Shown in pieces: positions 1 to 9,819 of a DNA stretch of 64,000 bases. Position numbers and translations under genes: made by a program. Within the stretch, counting starts at the first letter, position 1; each line of letters begins with the position of its first letter. The notes beneath the pieces were generated by a model that had not been told where the DNA came from, ran no database searches, and saw only the letters and a program-made list of their open reading frames with translations. The stretch comes from Deltaproteobacteria bacterium (GTDB lineage: Bacteria; Myxococcota_A; UBA9160; SMWR01), in assembly GCA_032128115.1 (NCBI GenBank), contig JAQBHB010000041.1:1-64000 (forward strand), given 5' to 3'.

Positions 1-157
1 ACCGGCGTCCCGCTCCGAAACTCGCGGAGTGGATGCAGGCGAACGTGCCCGAAGGCCTGGCCGTCTTCGCGTTGCCGGAACCGCATCGCCGGCGCCTGCG
101 CACCACCAATGCCCTCGAACGGCTCAACCGCTTTTACAGAAGAAGGGTTGCTTCATC
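1..157 (+). mobile_element. IS256-family element, 3' end: truncated transposase C-terminus plus probable right terminal inverted repeat
   Basis: Frame 3 (3..182) reads APKLAEWMQANVPEGLAVFALPEPHRRRLRTTNALERLNR, matching the IS256 transposase RTTN-x-LERLNR motif. It is followed directly by TTTTACAGAAGAAGGGTTGCTTCATC (132-157), which resembles an IS256 terminus. The usual EIKRRT...FPN tail is missing. Confidence 0.75.
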
Positions 158-177
158 CCGCCACGCTAGCGCCAGGG

Positions 178-183
178 TATAAT
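178..183 (+). promoter_or_regulatory. -10 box (TATAAT) of a probable leaderless ltaE transcript
   Basis: Perfect TATAAT 7 nt before ATG 191; no SD sequence. Confidence 0.6.
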
Positions 184-190
184 CGCCACC

Positions 191-1213
191 ATGCAGCCCA
201 TCGATCTGCGCAGCGACACGGTCACGCGGCCCACGCCTGCCATGCGAGAGGCCATGGCCAGCGCCCAGGTGGGCGACGACGTCTACGGCGAAGACCCCAG
301 CGTGAACCTCCTGCAGGAGCGGGCCGCAGCCCTGCTCGGCAAGCAGGCCGCGCTGTTCGTGCCGTCGGGCACCATGGGCAACCAAAGCGCGATCCGCACG
401 CTGACACAGCCGGGCGACGTGGTGCTGGCGGGCGAAGACGCTCACGTGTTGCTCTACGAATCCGGTGGCGCCGCGGCGCTGTCCGGCCTGCAGATCCAGA
501 CGATCGGAAACGGGGGGCTCTTCGATGCCGAAGACGTGCGCAGCGCCATCCACCCGGACGAAGCCCACTACGCGCCCACGCGGGTACTGACCGTCGAGAA
601 CACCCACAACTGCTCGGGCGGCCGCGTCTTTCCCCTGGATCGATTGAAGGACGTCGCGGCGGCGGCCCGCGAGCACGGGCTCGCCCTCCACATGGACGGT
701 GCCCGCCTCTTCAACGCGGTGGTGGCCACGGGTACCCCCGCCAACGTCTGGGCCGAGCCCTTCGACACGGTGACTTTCTGCCTCTCCAAGGGTCTGGGGG
801 CACCGGCGGGCTCGCTCGTGTGCGGATCCGTCGAACGGATCCAATCCGTGCACCGGGCGCGCAAGCTGTTGGGGGGCGGCATGCGCCAGGTGGGCATCCT
901 GGCGGCGGCGGGTCTCCACGCCCTTGCGCACCACATCGAGCGCCTGGCCGATGATCACGCCAATGCCCGCCGCCTGGCGACCGGTCTCGAGAAGCTGGGT
1001 TTCCACGTGGACCCCGCGCCGGAGACCAACATGGTGATGTTCGCGGTTCAGGACACGGCCGGCTTCCGGATGGCAACCCGGGCGGTGGAAGTCCTGATCA
1101 ACCCCATGGACGACCACCGCTTTCGCGCCGTCACCCACCTGGATGTTTCGGAGGCGGACATAGACGAGGCCCTGGCCCGCATCTCCCGGGTGGTGGAGGA
1201 TGGCATCCGGTGA
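191..1213 (+). CDS. ltaE: Low-specificity L-threonine aldolase (PLP)
   Basis: [58 protein letters not shown] motifs. Confidence 0.93.
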   Translation: MQPIDLRSDTVTRPTPAMREAMASAQVGDDVYGEDPSVNLLQERAAALLGKQAALFVPSGTMGNQSAIRTLTQPGDVVLAGEDAHVLLYESGGAAALSGLQIQTIGNGGLFDAEDVRSAIHPDEAHYAPTRVLTVENTHNCSGGRVFPLDRLKDVAAAAREHGLALHMDGARLFNAVVATGTPANVWAEPFDTVTFCLSKGLGAPAGSLVCGSVERIQSVHRARKLLGGGMRQVGILAAAGLHALAHHIERLADDHANARRLATGLEKLGFHVDPAPETNMVMFAVQDTAGFRMATRAVEVLINPMDDHRFRAVTHLDVSEADIDEALARISRVVEDGIR

Positions 1214-2082
1214 AGATCCCCGCCAACGGCATCGAGATCGAGGCGGAGATCTTCGGCGACGAACAGGGTCGCCCCCTCCTCTTGATCGCCGGACTGGGCA
1301 GCCAGCTGCTCACGTGGGACGAGGAATTCTGCGAGCAATTGGCGGCCCGCGGCCATCGGGTGATCCGCTACGACGCACGCGACATGGGCGGCTCGACGGT
1401 GCTCCACCACCTGGGCGCCCCCGACCTGGAGGCGGTCATGGCGGCGGTCGGGCGGGGCGAGCCGGTTACGGCAGCGTACACCTTCGAGGACATGGCCGAC
1501 GACGCGGCGGCGCTGCTCGACGGCCTGGGTATCGCCGCGGCCCACGTGGCGGGCCGTTCCATGGGCGGAATGGTGGCCCAGACCCTGGCGATCCGGCACC
1601 CGTCTCGGGTCGCGAGCCTCACGTCGATCATGTCGAACACGGGCAACCGGGCACTGCCCCCGCCCACCGCCGAGGCCGTCGAGATCCTCATGCGCCCGAA
1701 GCCCGGCGACCGGGAGGGCCACATCCGCCTGAACGTGTTGAACGAGCAAGCGCTGGGAGGGTCCGGCTTCCCCTTCGAATGGGACCTGGTGTGGCAGCGC
1801 GAGGCGCGCAGCTTCGACCGGGGCTACGACAGCGACGGGCGCGCGCGCCAGCTGGTGGCGAGCCTCACGGCCGGCGACCGGCGCGAGGCCCTCGCGAAGC
1901 TGCAGGTGCCCACACTCGTGATCCACGGCAGCGAGGATCCGCTGGTGGTGGTGGAGGGTGCCTACGACACGGCCAACGCCGTGCCGGGAGCGAAGCTCGA
2001 GCTCATCGAGGGCATGGGCCACGCCCTGCCCCGAGGCGCCTGGCCCCAGGTCGTCGACGCCATCGCGGAGCTCACGCGCTAA
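1210..2082 (+). CDS. Alpha/beta fold hydrolase
   Basis: GTGA overlap with ltaE; GRSMGG nucleophile elbow, HGSEDPLV acid, GMGH His. Confidence 0.9.
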   Translation: MKIPANGIEIEAEIFGDEQGRPLLLIAGLGSQLLTWDEEFCEQLAARGHRVIRYDARDMGGSTVLHHLGAPDLEAVMAAVGRGEPVTAAYTFEDMADDAAALLDGLGIAAAHVAGRSMGGMVAQTLAIRHPSRVASLTSIMSNTGNRALPPPTAEAVEILMRPKPGDREGHIRLNVLNEQALGGSGFPFEWDLVWQREARSFDRGYDSDGRARQLVASLTAGDRREALAKLQVPTLVIHGSEDPLVVVEGAYDTANAVPGAKLELIEGMGHALPRGAWPQVVDAIAELTR

Positions 2083-2771
2083 CGAAACAGATTGTATTTG
2101 AGGATGCACCACACGGCGCGCACGGCATCGCGCCAGCCGATCTTCTTGCCGTCGGCGTAGGTGCGGCCGTCGTAGGAGATTCCCACCTCGTAGATCCGGC
2201 AGCGCAGCTTTGCCACCTTGGCGGTGATCTCGGGCTCGAAACCGAAGCGATCCTCTTCGATGCTGATCTGCTGAACGATCTCGCGGCGGAAGACCTTGTA
2301 ACAGACCTCCATGTCCGTGAGGTTGAGGTCCGTCAACATGTTCGAGAGCAGGGTCAGCATACGATTCGCGATCGAGTGCCAGAAGAAGATCACCCGGTGT
2401 GACTCGCCGCCGGTGAAACGCGAACCGAAGACCACGTCGGCCCGGTCTTCCAGGATCGGCCGCAGCAGCTTCTCGTAATCCCGCGGGTCGTACTCGAGAT
2501 CGGCGTCCTGGATCAGGACGATGTCGCCGGTGGCGGCGGCGAAGCCCGTGCGCAGGGCGGCCCCCTTGCCCTGGTTGACCTCGTGGAAGATCACCCGGGC
2601 CACCCGGGGTTCGATCTTCTCGCGCAGCAGCTCCCGGGTGCCGTCCGTGGAGCCGTCGTCCACCAGGATCACCTCCTTGTCGGGCACCGGCGAGGCGAGG
2701 ACCGTGTCGACCAGCTTCTCCACCGTGAAGACTTCGTTGAAGCACGGAATGACGATGGAGACGCTGGGCAC
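2079..2771 (-). CDS. Glycosyltransferase family 2 (DPM1-like polyprenol-phosphate glycosyltransferase)
   Basis: SIVIPCFNE, VDDGSTDGT, NQGKGAA, QDADLEY, TDMEVCYK. Start reassigned to GTG 2771 (TACAAT 7 nt upstream). Confidence 0.9.
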   Translation of the reverse strand: MPSVSIVIPCFNEVFTVEKLVDTVLASPVPDKEVILVDDGSTDGTRELLREKIEPRVARVIFHEVNQGKGAALRTGFAAATGDIVLIQDADLEYDPRDYEKLLRPILEDRADVVFGSRFTGGESHRVIFFWHSIANRMLTLLSNMLTDLNLTDMEVCYKVFRREIVQQISIEEDRFGFEPEITAKVAKLRCRIYEVGISYDGRTYADGKKIGWRDAVRAVWCILKYNLFR

Positions 2772-2929
2772 GCTGCGGATTGTAACGGGATCTGGCCCCG
2801 GAGGGGGCGGTTGCGGCGCTCTTGCGTTGATTCCGGGCCGCCCCTCTGGTTGAATGGGTCGAATGGCCCGGGCCGACAAAAGCGGCTCCGGGAGAGGCGA
2901 CCCCCCCGACCTGCACCAGGAGAAACGCC

Positions 2930-4618
2930 GTGGCCTATGACATCGTGATCCGCAACGGGATGCTCGTGGATGGAACGGGCGCCGAGCCCACGCGCGCCGA
3001 CGTGGCCATCGTGGGCGACCGCGTCGCTGCCGTGGGCCAGGTGGAGGGCGAAGCCGCGCGCACCATCGATGCCGAGGGCTGCCTGGTCACGCCGGGCTTC
3101 GTCGACATCCACACCCATCTGGACGCCCAGATCTTCTGGGATCCCACGCTCTCGTCTCCCTGCTGGCACGGTGTGACCTCCGTGGTGATGGGCAACTGCG
3201 GAGTCGGCTTCGCCCCGTGCAAGCCCGAGGACCGCGAGTTCCTGGCCCGACTGATGCAATCCGTCGAGGACATCCCCAGCCGCAGCATCATGGAGGGCCT
3301 CTCCTGGAACTGGGAGAGCTACGGCGAATATCTCGACGAAGTCGAGCGCCTGCCCAAGGGCATGAACGTGGGTGGCATGGTGGGCCACTGCGCCGTCCGC
3401 TACGCCGCCATGGGCAAGCGCTGGGAGCAGGAGCAGGCCTCGCCCGAGGACATCGAGCGCATGGCGGAGCTGGTGGACGAGGCCATTGCCGGCGGCGCCC
3501 TGGGCTTCTCCACCTCGCGCACGCGGATCCACAAGACCCCGGACGGCATCCCCATCCCAGGCACGTTCGCGGCCCCGGAGGAGCTGATGGCCTTCGGTCG
3601 CGTGATGGGCAAGCGCGGCAAGGGGGTGTTCGAAGCCGTGCCGTTTCTCGAGAGTGAAGACCCGGCCGTGCACATGTCCGAGCTGCAGTGGATGCGCGAA
3701 CTCTGCCTCGAAACCGGGCGACCTCTCACCTTTGGCTTGATCCAGACCCACCAGCTGCCGGATGTGTGGAAGCTGATCCTGGGCAAGGTGGAGGAGGCGA
3801 CGCGCGACGGCGCCAACCTCCGGCCCCAGACCCAGGTGCGCTCGGTGGGCGTGCTCTTCGGCCTGGTGAACCTGACGCCCTTCGACATGGCGGGCGGCAG
3901 CTGGGGCCTGCTGAAGCTGTCGTCTTTCGAGGAGCGCCTGGCCGCGCTGCGCAAGCCGGAAGTGCGCGCGCAGCTGCTGGCCGACGCCGCAAACGCCCCG
4001 ATCCCGGAGGGGATGCTGCCGCACTTCTACCGGCTGCCCATCGTGAACGGCGAGGCTCGCTACGACCTGGATCCCAGCCAGAGTCTCATCGCCATCGCCG
4101 AGAAGCGCGGCGTGAGCCCCGCCGAGGCCTTCATCGACGAGGCCCTGGAGACCGAGGGGCGCGCTCTCTACATCTTCCCGTTCGCGAACCAGGACTTCTC
4201 GGCGGTGGCCGACATGCTGAAGCACCCGCAGATGGTGCTCGGCCTCGCCGATTCGGGAGCCCACTGCGGACAGATCATGGACGCCAGCCTGCCCACGTTC
4301 CTGCTGAGCTACTGGGTGCGCGAGAAGGGGCTGTTCACGGTGCAGGAGGCGATCCGCAAGCTCACCTCGGAGCCCGCGGATCTGTTCGGCCTGCGCGACC
4401 GGGGCCGGGTGCGCGAGGGCGCCTTCGCCGACCTGAACGTGCTTGAGCTCGACGCCCTGCGGGTTCTGGAGCCCGAGTACGTCCAGGACTTTCCAGCCAG
4501 CGCCTGGCGCTACATCCAGAGGGGCGACGGCTACCGCCACACCCTGGTGAACGGCCGGCCCTTCATGGAGAAGGGCGAGCACACGGGTGTACTCGCCGGA
4601 TCCCTGCTCCGCAGCTGA
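2930..4618 (+). CDS. N-acyl-D-amino-acid deacylase family amidohydrolase
   Basis: PGFVDIHTHLD, GVTSVVMGNCG, DSGAH, ADLNV; AGGAG RBS. Confidence 0.88.
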   Translation: MAYDIVIRNGMLVDGTGAEPTRADVAIVGDRVAAVGQVEGEAARTIDAEGCLVTPGFVDIHTHLDAQIFWDPTLSSPCWHGVTSVVMGNCGVGFAPCKPEDREFLARLMQSVEDIPSRSIMEGLSWNWESYGEYLDEVERLPKGMNVGGMVGHCAVRYAAMGKRWEQEQASPEDIERMAELVDEAIAGGALGFSTSRTRIHKTPDGIPIPGTFAAPEELMAFGRVMGKRGKGVFEAVPFLESEDPAVHMSELQWMRELCLETGRPLTFGLIQTHQLPDVWKLILGKVEEATRDGANLRPQTQVRSVGVLFGLVNLTPFDMAGGSWGLLKLSSFEERLAALRKPEVRAQLLADAANAPIPEGMLPHFYRLPIVNGEARYDLDPSQSLIAIAEKRGVSPAEAFIDEALETEGRALYIFPFANQDFSAVADMLKHPQMVLGLADSGAHCGQIMDASLPTFLLSYWVREKGLFTVQEAIRKLTSEPADLFGLRDRGRVREGAFADLNVLELDALRVLEPEYVQDFPASAWRYIQRGDGYRHTLVNGRPFMEKGEHTGVLAGSLLRS

Positions 4619-4623
4619 TCGAA

Positions 4624-5316
4624 CTAATAGGCGGACTTCACCAGACAGGACTCGGCCGAGCGCGCGCTGCCATCGAGCGGAAGCCGGCAGAGAAGCTCGA
4701 CCGCGCGCGCCATTTCCGGGGCCGATGCGAACAGCATCTCGCCAACGCTGCCCTCGGAGATCTGCCAGCGACAGGTCTGGACACCGGCTCCCGTGAGACA
4801 GCTCTCGGGGATGTCGCCAAGCAGCTTGCTCAGGTCACGCAGGGTTCGCGCCTCCGAAAGCGCCACCGCCACGGCCAGCGGGTCGATCGGAGTGACGAGG
4901 GTCTCGGGCCGGGCTGCGCTCACCGGCGGTAGCCGATCCATCCCTTCCGATTGCGCAAGCCGCGCCACGGCGCCGGGCTCGAGGGCGTGCACGTTGCAGG
5001 ATCCCGTTTCCAGCGACCTGGGATCGATGGGAAGCTCGCACACCAGGTTCACGCCGCTGACGACGCCGGGCCCGTCCGTGCGGCCCGCGCGGATCACGCG
5101 GCCCTCGACACGCCAACGACACAGCTCGCGATCGGGCGCCGAGTAGACACACCGATCGGGAGAGCTGCCAGCGAAGCTCTCGAGTTCCATGCGGCTGGCA
5201 CTCATCGAACGGGCTTCGCCGGAAGCGGGCGCCACGGTCCAGGCCAGCAGCCCCAGACCCGCCACCAGGCCGAGGCCTGCCAGGGTTCCAAACACCTGTA
5301 CCCAAGAACTGTCCAT
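4624..5316 (-). CDS. Hypothetical membrane-anchored/secreted protein with two tandem 4-Cys domains
   Basis: N-terminal hydrophobic helix; two copies of C-x8/9-CRW-x~25-C-x-LP-x-D-x7-SC. Confidence 0.7.
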   Translation of the reverse strand: MDSSWVQVFGTLAGLGLVAGLGLLAWTVAPASGEARSMSASRMELESFAGSSPDRCVYSAPDRELCRWRVEGRVIRAGRTDGPGVVSGVNLVCELPIDPRSLETGSCNVHALEPGAVARLAQSEGMDRLPPVSAARPETLVTPIDPLAVAVALSEARTLRDLSKLLGDIPESCLTGAGVQTCRWQISEGSVGEMLFASAPEMARAVELLCRLPLDGSARSAESCLVKSAY

Positions 5317-5421
5317 GCGCGGATTCTCCACGGTCCTCCCCCTCGTTTCAGGAACGTGCAACTCATCGGCAGCTTTCCGGCAGGACTTGAATCTGCCGAC
5401 CCGGGTAGAATGGGCGGTCCC

Positions 5422-6117
5422 ATGAAGAATCCCGTGCCGGCGGCCCCCCTGTACCTGATCCTGCTCCTGGCAGTGACCCCTTCCCCGGCCCGGGGAGCCG
5501 AAGGGGTGACCCTGGAAGGCCTCGAATACGGGGGGGAAATCCTCTACATGAGAACCGCCGGCCCCGTGGACGGCCCCTCGGTGCTGCTGCTGCACGGAGC
5601 CAAGTACGACTCCGGCACCTGGGAGAAGCTGGGCACCCTGCAGAAGCTGGCGGCCGCGGGCTACAGGGCCGTGGCCCTGGACCTGCCGGGCTACGGGCGC
5701 TCGCGAAGGGTGCGGTCGCGCCCCGATTCCTTCCTGGTCGACGTGCTGCCCAAGCTGGACATCGGGCGGCCCATCGTGGTTGCGCCCTCCATGAGCGGGA
5801 GCTTCAGCTTCCCGCTCCTGGTGGAGCACCCGGACTGGGTGGCGGGCTTCGTGCCGGTAGCGCCAGTGGGTGCGCTCGACTACGCGAAGAGCAATCGGAA
5901 GGTTTCGATCCCGGCCCTGGTGATCTGGGGTGAGAAGGACCGGCTCTTCCCACCTCTCCAGGCTCAGGAGCTGGCCGACTCCTTTCGGGATTCGAAGGTT
6001 CTGATCCTGCCGGGCGCGAGCCACGCGGCGTATCTGGATCAGCCCGCGGCCTTCCACGCGGCGCTGCTGGAGTTTGCGGCCGGACCCGCGTCTGCGCGGT
6101 CGGGCGATCCGGACTAG
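5422..6117 (+). CDS. ABHD14B-like alpha/beta hydrolase with signal peptide
   Basis: LLLHGAKYDSGTW..LGTLQKLAAAGYRAVALDLPGYGRS, non-canonical APSMSG nucleophile, WGEKD, GASHAAYLDQP; TAGAAT at 5406-5411. Confidence 0.85.
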   Translation: MKNPVPAAPLYLILLLAVTPSPARGAEGVTLEGLEYGGEILYMRTAGPVDGPSVLLLHGAKYDSGTWEKLGTLQKLAAAGYRAVALDLPGYGRSRRVRSRPDSFLVDVLPKLDIGRPIVVAPSMSGSFSFPLLVEHPDWVAGFVPVAPVGALDYAKSNRKVSIPALVIWGEKDRLFPPLQAQELADSFRDSKVLILPGASHAAYLDQPAAFHAALLEFAAGPASARSGDPD

Positions 6118-6271
6118 GACTCGCAGGCGAACGGGTCTGCGCGGGGAGCGTAGCGCTACGGCCCCTCTCGGCACGCACTGCCCGGTCGCATGTTCCTTGA
6201 CCCCGCTCGGGCAGATCGGTGATGATTCCACGCCCATTCCCCAGCCCCCAGCCTTCCAGGAGGGACCCCCC

Positions 6272-6715
6272 ATGAAGCGTATTCTCACTGTCGTGTGCGC
6301 GGTTGCGCTGCTTGCGGCTTGTGCACAGCAATCGGCCGAAACGCGGAACGCACCGCGCAAGCACGTAATGGTTCACTTCACGGATTCGTACCTGGCGCCG
6401 AGCATCGCGCACGTCTTGCCCGGGGGCTCGGTGGGTTGGGTCAACTACGCGAGTGAGTACGACGGCACGATTTCGTTCACGAGTGCCGTGGCCGCGAACT
6501 TCACCTGCAAGGACCTGCGGCCGATCTTCTCGAAGACCGGCGACGGGGTCGCGTCGATCCCCATGACGACCGGCGGGATGGAGAATGTGGTGACGCCGTG
6601 TGCACTGAAGCCCGGCGAGTACGACTACACCATCAACCTGTTCAACCGGACCGACGACCAGTACAACCCCACCAGGACCCTCTCGGGAAAGATCGTGGTG
6701 GGCGGAGGATCCTAG
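6272..6715 (+). CDS. Lipoprotein, cupredoxin-like fold
   Basis: AGGAGG RBS; lipobox LAAC; PSIAHVLPGGSVGWVN and KPGEYDY cupredoxin-like strands; type-1 copper ligands not evident. Confidence 0.75.
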   Translation: MKRILTVVCAVALLAACAQQSAETRNAPRKHVMVHFTDSYLAPSIAHVLPGGSVGWVNYASEYDGTISFTSAVAANFTCKDLRPIFSKTGDGVASIPMTTGGMENVVTPCALKPGEYDYTINLFNRTDDQYNPTRTLSGKIVVGGGS

Positions 6716-7206
6716 GGAACGCCCTGCCCAGAGGCGCAGAGCGTGTGATCCTCGCCCTTTCCGCACTCGCGGGGCGGGTCGAACCTCACGGCGCGACCGG
6801 TGCAGCGCATGACCACCCGCGCCAGCATCTCCTGCTGGCGCTGGTTCACCTGCTGGCGCAGGGATTTCGCGCGCCGCCCCAGGGCCCGGAAGCTGGCGTC
6901 GATGCGAGCGCGCCAACCCCTGTGGGTCAGCTCCTGCAGGGCCACGAAGGCCGGCGCGTGCTCGGCCTCCGCATGGGGAAACTCGATCTCGAACCCATAG
7001 GCCCGGGCGTCGCCCCGGGGCAACTCCCGGAAATTCAGCACCCCTGGCTCGGCCCTCAAAGCCCCGGCGAAGCAGCCGTCAGCCATGGAATCGGTCATCT
7101 CGGCGCCCACACCCGACGTGTTCATGCTGGCGCAGCCCATCGGCCCGAGCCCGAGCCCGAGGCCCACACCGAGGCCGAGAAGCAGCAGCGACTCGCGCTG
7201 TTTCAT
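6712..7206 (-). CDS. Hypothetical protein, probable lipoprotein
   Basis: MKQRE + hydrophobic (LG)n stretch + MGC; fills the gap between flanking genes; stop overlaps the neighbouring stop. Confidence 0.55.
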   Translation of the reverse strand: MKQRESLLLLGLGVGLGLGLGPMGCASMNTSGVGAEMTDSMADGCFAGALRAEPGVLNFRELPRGDARAYGFEIEFPHAEAEHAPAFVALQELTHRGWRARIDASFRALGRRAKSLRQQVNQRQQEMLARVVMRCTGRAVRFDPPRECGKGEDHTLCASGQGVP

Positions 7207-7310
7207 GATACCGATCGCCCCACGCCCGGGAGAGTATGACATTCCGGATGCGACTCCGCGGTCCTGATGAGCTGGCTTCGGCGCGGGCCTCCGCCCTAGA
7301 CTGCACCTCC

Positions 7311-8255
7311 ATGCCCGCGGAGTCGAACGCAGCCGTGGTGGAGCTCGTGGGCGTCTGCAAGCGCTTCGGCGAGCGCGCGGCGGTGAGCGACCTTCACCTG
7401 CGGGTGCCAGTGGGCCACTGCTTCGGGTTGCTGGGCCCCAACGGCGCCGGGAAGACCACCACGCTCAAGATGATCTACGGCGTGTGCGAGCCCAGCGCCG
7501 GCCAGGTGCGCGTGTTCGGGCTGGACGTCGGCAGGCACCGGCGCGCGGTGCGAAGTCGCCTGGGCGTCACGCTCCAGGAAAACGTGCTGATCGAGGTGCT
7601 GAGCCCGGTCGAGAACCTCAGGGTCTTCGGGCGCTACCACCTGCTGCGCGAGCCCGAGCTCTCGCAGCGAGTGGACGAGTTGATCGACTTCCTGGAGCTC
7701 CGGTCCCATGCCGAGGTTCCCGTGGTGACGCTCTCCGGGGGTTTCAAGCGGCGCCTGGCCATCGCCCAGTCGCTGATGAACCGCCCGGAGCTGCTGATCC
7801 TGGACGAGCCCACCACCGGACTCGACCCGGCGGTGCGCCTGGCCTTGTGGTCGCGCGTTCGCGAGCTGCGCCAGCAGGGTACGAGCGTCCTCCTCACCAC
7901 TCACTACATGGACGAGGCCGAGCGCCTGTGCGACCGGGTCGCGATCATGAGCGAGGGCCGCGCCGTGTGCGAGGGCAGCCCGCGCGAACTCATCGAAACC
8001 CGCCTGGCTCGCGAAACCGTCGAGTTCGACTGCACCTCCCAGGAGGAGCACGCCCTGCTCGACGGCTATCGAGACACGTCCGCTCGCCTGCGCTCGGGCA
8101 ATCGCCTGATGCTCTACGCCGACGACGCGACCCCGCTGGTGCTGTGGATCCACGAGCGCGACGGCGGCGATCGCCGGCCGCTGATCGTGCGACCCACCAA
8201 CCTGGAGGACGTGTTCCTGCAGGTGACGGGCACGGACCTCGAAGCAGGCGCATGA
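7311..8255 (+). CDS. ABC transporter ATP-binding protein (NodI/DrrA-like exporter)
   Basis: Walker A GPNGAGKTT, LSGG signature, LILDEPTTGLDP, TTHYMDEA, NLEDVF tail. Confidence 0.93.
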   Translation: MPAESNAAVVELVGVCKRFGERAAVSDLHLRVPVGHCFGLLGPNGAGKTTTLKMIYGVCEPSAGQVRVFGLDVGRHRRAVRSRLGVTLQENVLIEVLSPVENLRVFGRYHLLREPELSQRVDELIDFLELRSHAEVPVVTLSGGFKRRLAIAQSLMNRPELLILDEPTTGLDPAVRLALWSRVRELRQQGTSVLLTTHYMDEAERLCDRVAIMSEGRAVCEGSPRELIETRLARETVEFDCTSQEEHALLDGYRDTSARLRSGNRLMLYADDATPLVLWIHERDGGDRRPLIVRPTNLEDVFLQVTGTDLEAGA

Positions 8256-9019
8256 GCGTCTCCCTGGCCCACACGACTTCGGTCTGGCGGCGCAACGCCA
8301 GCATGTACGCGCGCACCTGGCGCCTGAACCTCCTGCCCAATTTTTTCGAGCCGGTCTTCTACCTCACTGCCCTGGGCATCGGTGTCGGGGCCTACATCAG
8401 CGACATGGGCGGCATGTCCTATGCGGAGTTCCTGGCCCCCGGACTGGTGTGCGTGGCCGCGATGAACGGCGCGAGCTTCGAGGTCACCTACAACTTCTTC
8501 GTGCGCCTCTGCTTCGAGAAATCGTACGACGCCATGCTCACCACGCCGCTCGAGCCCGACGACATCCTCGCCGGCGAAATCCTCTGGGCCATGACCCGCG
8601 TGATGATCTACGGGGGCGCATTCTTCCTGGTGGTGACGCTCTGGGGGCTCGCGCCCCTGCCCAGCTCGCTGCTTGCAATTCCCGTGATTCCCCTGGCGGG
8701 GCTGCTCTTCGCGGCGATCGGCATCACCTTCACCCTGCGCATCCCGGACATCAACTTCTTCAGCTTCTATTTCACCCTGTTCCTGACGCCCCTGTTCCTG
8801 TTCTCCGGCGTGTTCTTCCCGCTGGAAGAGCGCCTCTCGGGCGCGTGGCTGTGGCTGGCCGAGGCGCTTCCGCTCCTGCATCCCGTGCGGCTGGCGCGCT
8901 CGGCCTTCGCAGGTGAATACACGTGGATTGCCGCCTGGGATCTCTTCTACATCCTGGCTCTGTCATTCGCTCTGCTGTGGCGAGCGCGCCAGGTCGTGCG
9001 GAATCGGTTGACCACCTGA
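8252..9019 (+). CDS. ABC-2 type permease (NodJ-like)
   Basis: ATGA overlap; EPVFYL, YAEFLAPG, TPLFLFSGVFFPL; about 6 TM helices. Confidence 0.9.
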   Translation: MSVSLAHTTSVWRRNASMYARTWRLNLLPNFFEPVFYLTALGIGVGAYISDMGGMSYAEFLAPGLVCVAAMNGASFEVTYNFFVRLCFEKSYDAMLTTPLEPDDILAGEILWAMTRVMIYGGAFFLVVTLWGLAPLPSSLLAIPVIPLAGLLFAAIGITFTLRIPDINFFSFYFTLFLTPLFLFSGVFFPLEERLSGAWLWLAEALPLLHPVRLARSAFAGEYTWIAAWDLFYILALSFALLWRARQVVRNRLTT

Positions 9020-9819
9020 TGAAGCTCCATCCCATCGAAGCCTCGGAGCTGCACGCCCGCCGGGAACGGGTGTTCCTGGTGCTGGCCGGCCTGTTCCTGG
9101 GCTCCATGACCATGCTCAACATCCTGGGCGTGTCGCGCTTCATCGACCTGTCGTTCACGGTCTTCGGACTCCAGATTCCCATGGCGCTGGCGGTGGGTGT
9201 GCTGCCGTATCCCATCACCTTCCTGTGCACCGACTTCATCAGCGAACTCTACGGGCGCCGGCGCGCCAGCTTCGTGGTGTGGGTGGGGCTGGGTCTCAAC
9301 CTGTGGGTGGTGGCCTTTTTGTGGCTCGGCGGCGCGCTGCCGCCGGCGCCGTCTCTCGATCCGGCCACCGGACTGCCTGCCACGGAGGCATACGACTTCG
9401 CCTTCTACCGCATCCGACTGCTCACCATGGGCGCGGTGGTGGCCTCGATGATCGCGTACCTGACCGCCCAGATGTGCGATGTCTTCCTGTTCCACTTCTG
9501 GAAGAACCTGACACGCGGGCGCCACCTGTGGCTTCGCAACAATGGTTCGACCCTGGTGAGCCAGTTCGTGGACACCTTCGCGGTCATCACCATCACCCAC
9601 TTCTACGCGAACGCGATTCCCATCGACCCGAGCCAGGACGTCTGGCCCCAGCTCTGGGTCTTCATCGGATCGGCTTACGTGTTCAAGATGATGGTGGCGC
9701 TGCTGGACACGGGGCCCTTCTACCTGGGCGTGCACTGGCTGAGCCGCTATCTGGATCTCGACCCCGCCGCCGAACACGCAGCGGACGAAGAGGAGGCCGA
9801 ACTCGTCACTCGTCGGTGA
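9019..9819 (+). CDS. yhhQ: Queuosine precursor transporter (YhhQ/VUT family)
   Basis: [52 protein letters not shown] motifs; TGATG coupling to the permease. Confidence 0.88.
   Translation: MKLHPIEASELHARRERVFLVLAGLFLGSMTMLNILGVSRFIDLSFTVFGLQIPMALAVGVLPYPITFLCTDFISELYGRRRASFVVWVGLGLNLWVVAFLWLGGALPPAPSLDPATGLPATEAYDFAFYRIRLLTMGAVVASMIAYLTAQMCDVFLFHFWKNLTRGRHLWLRNNGSTLVSQFVDTFAVITITHFYANAIPIDPSQDVWPQLWVFIGSAYVFKMMVALLDTGPFYLGVHWLSRYLDLDPAAEHAADEEEAELVTRR

Noticed and set aside
148..183. IS256-supplied -35 (TTGCTT) forming a hybrid promoter with TATAAT
   Set aside because: The spacer is 24 bp, too long for sigma70.
7311..9019. nodI/nodJ nodulation genes
   Set aside because: Family resemblance only; no nodABC genes are present, so no symbol was assigned.
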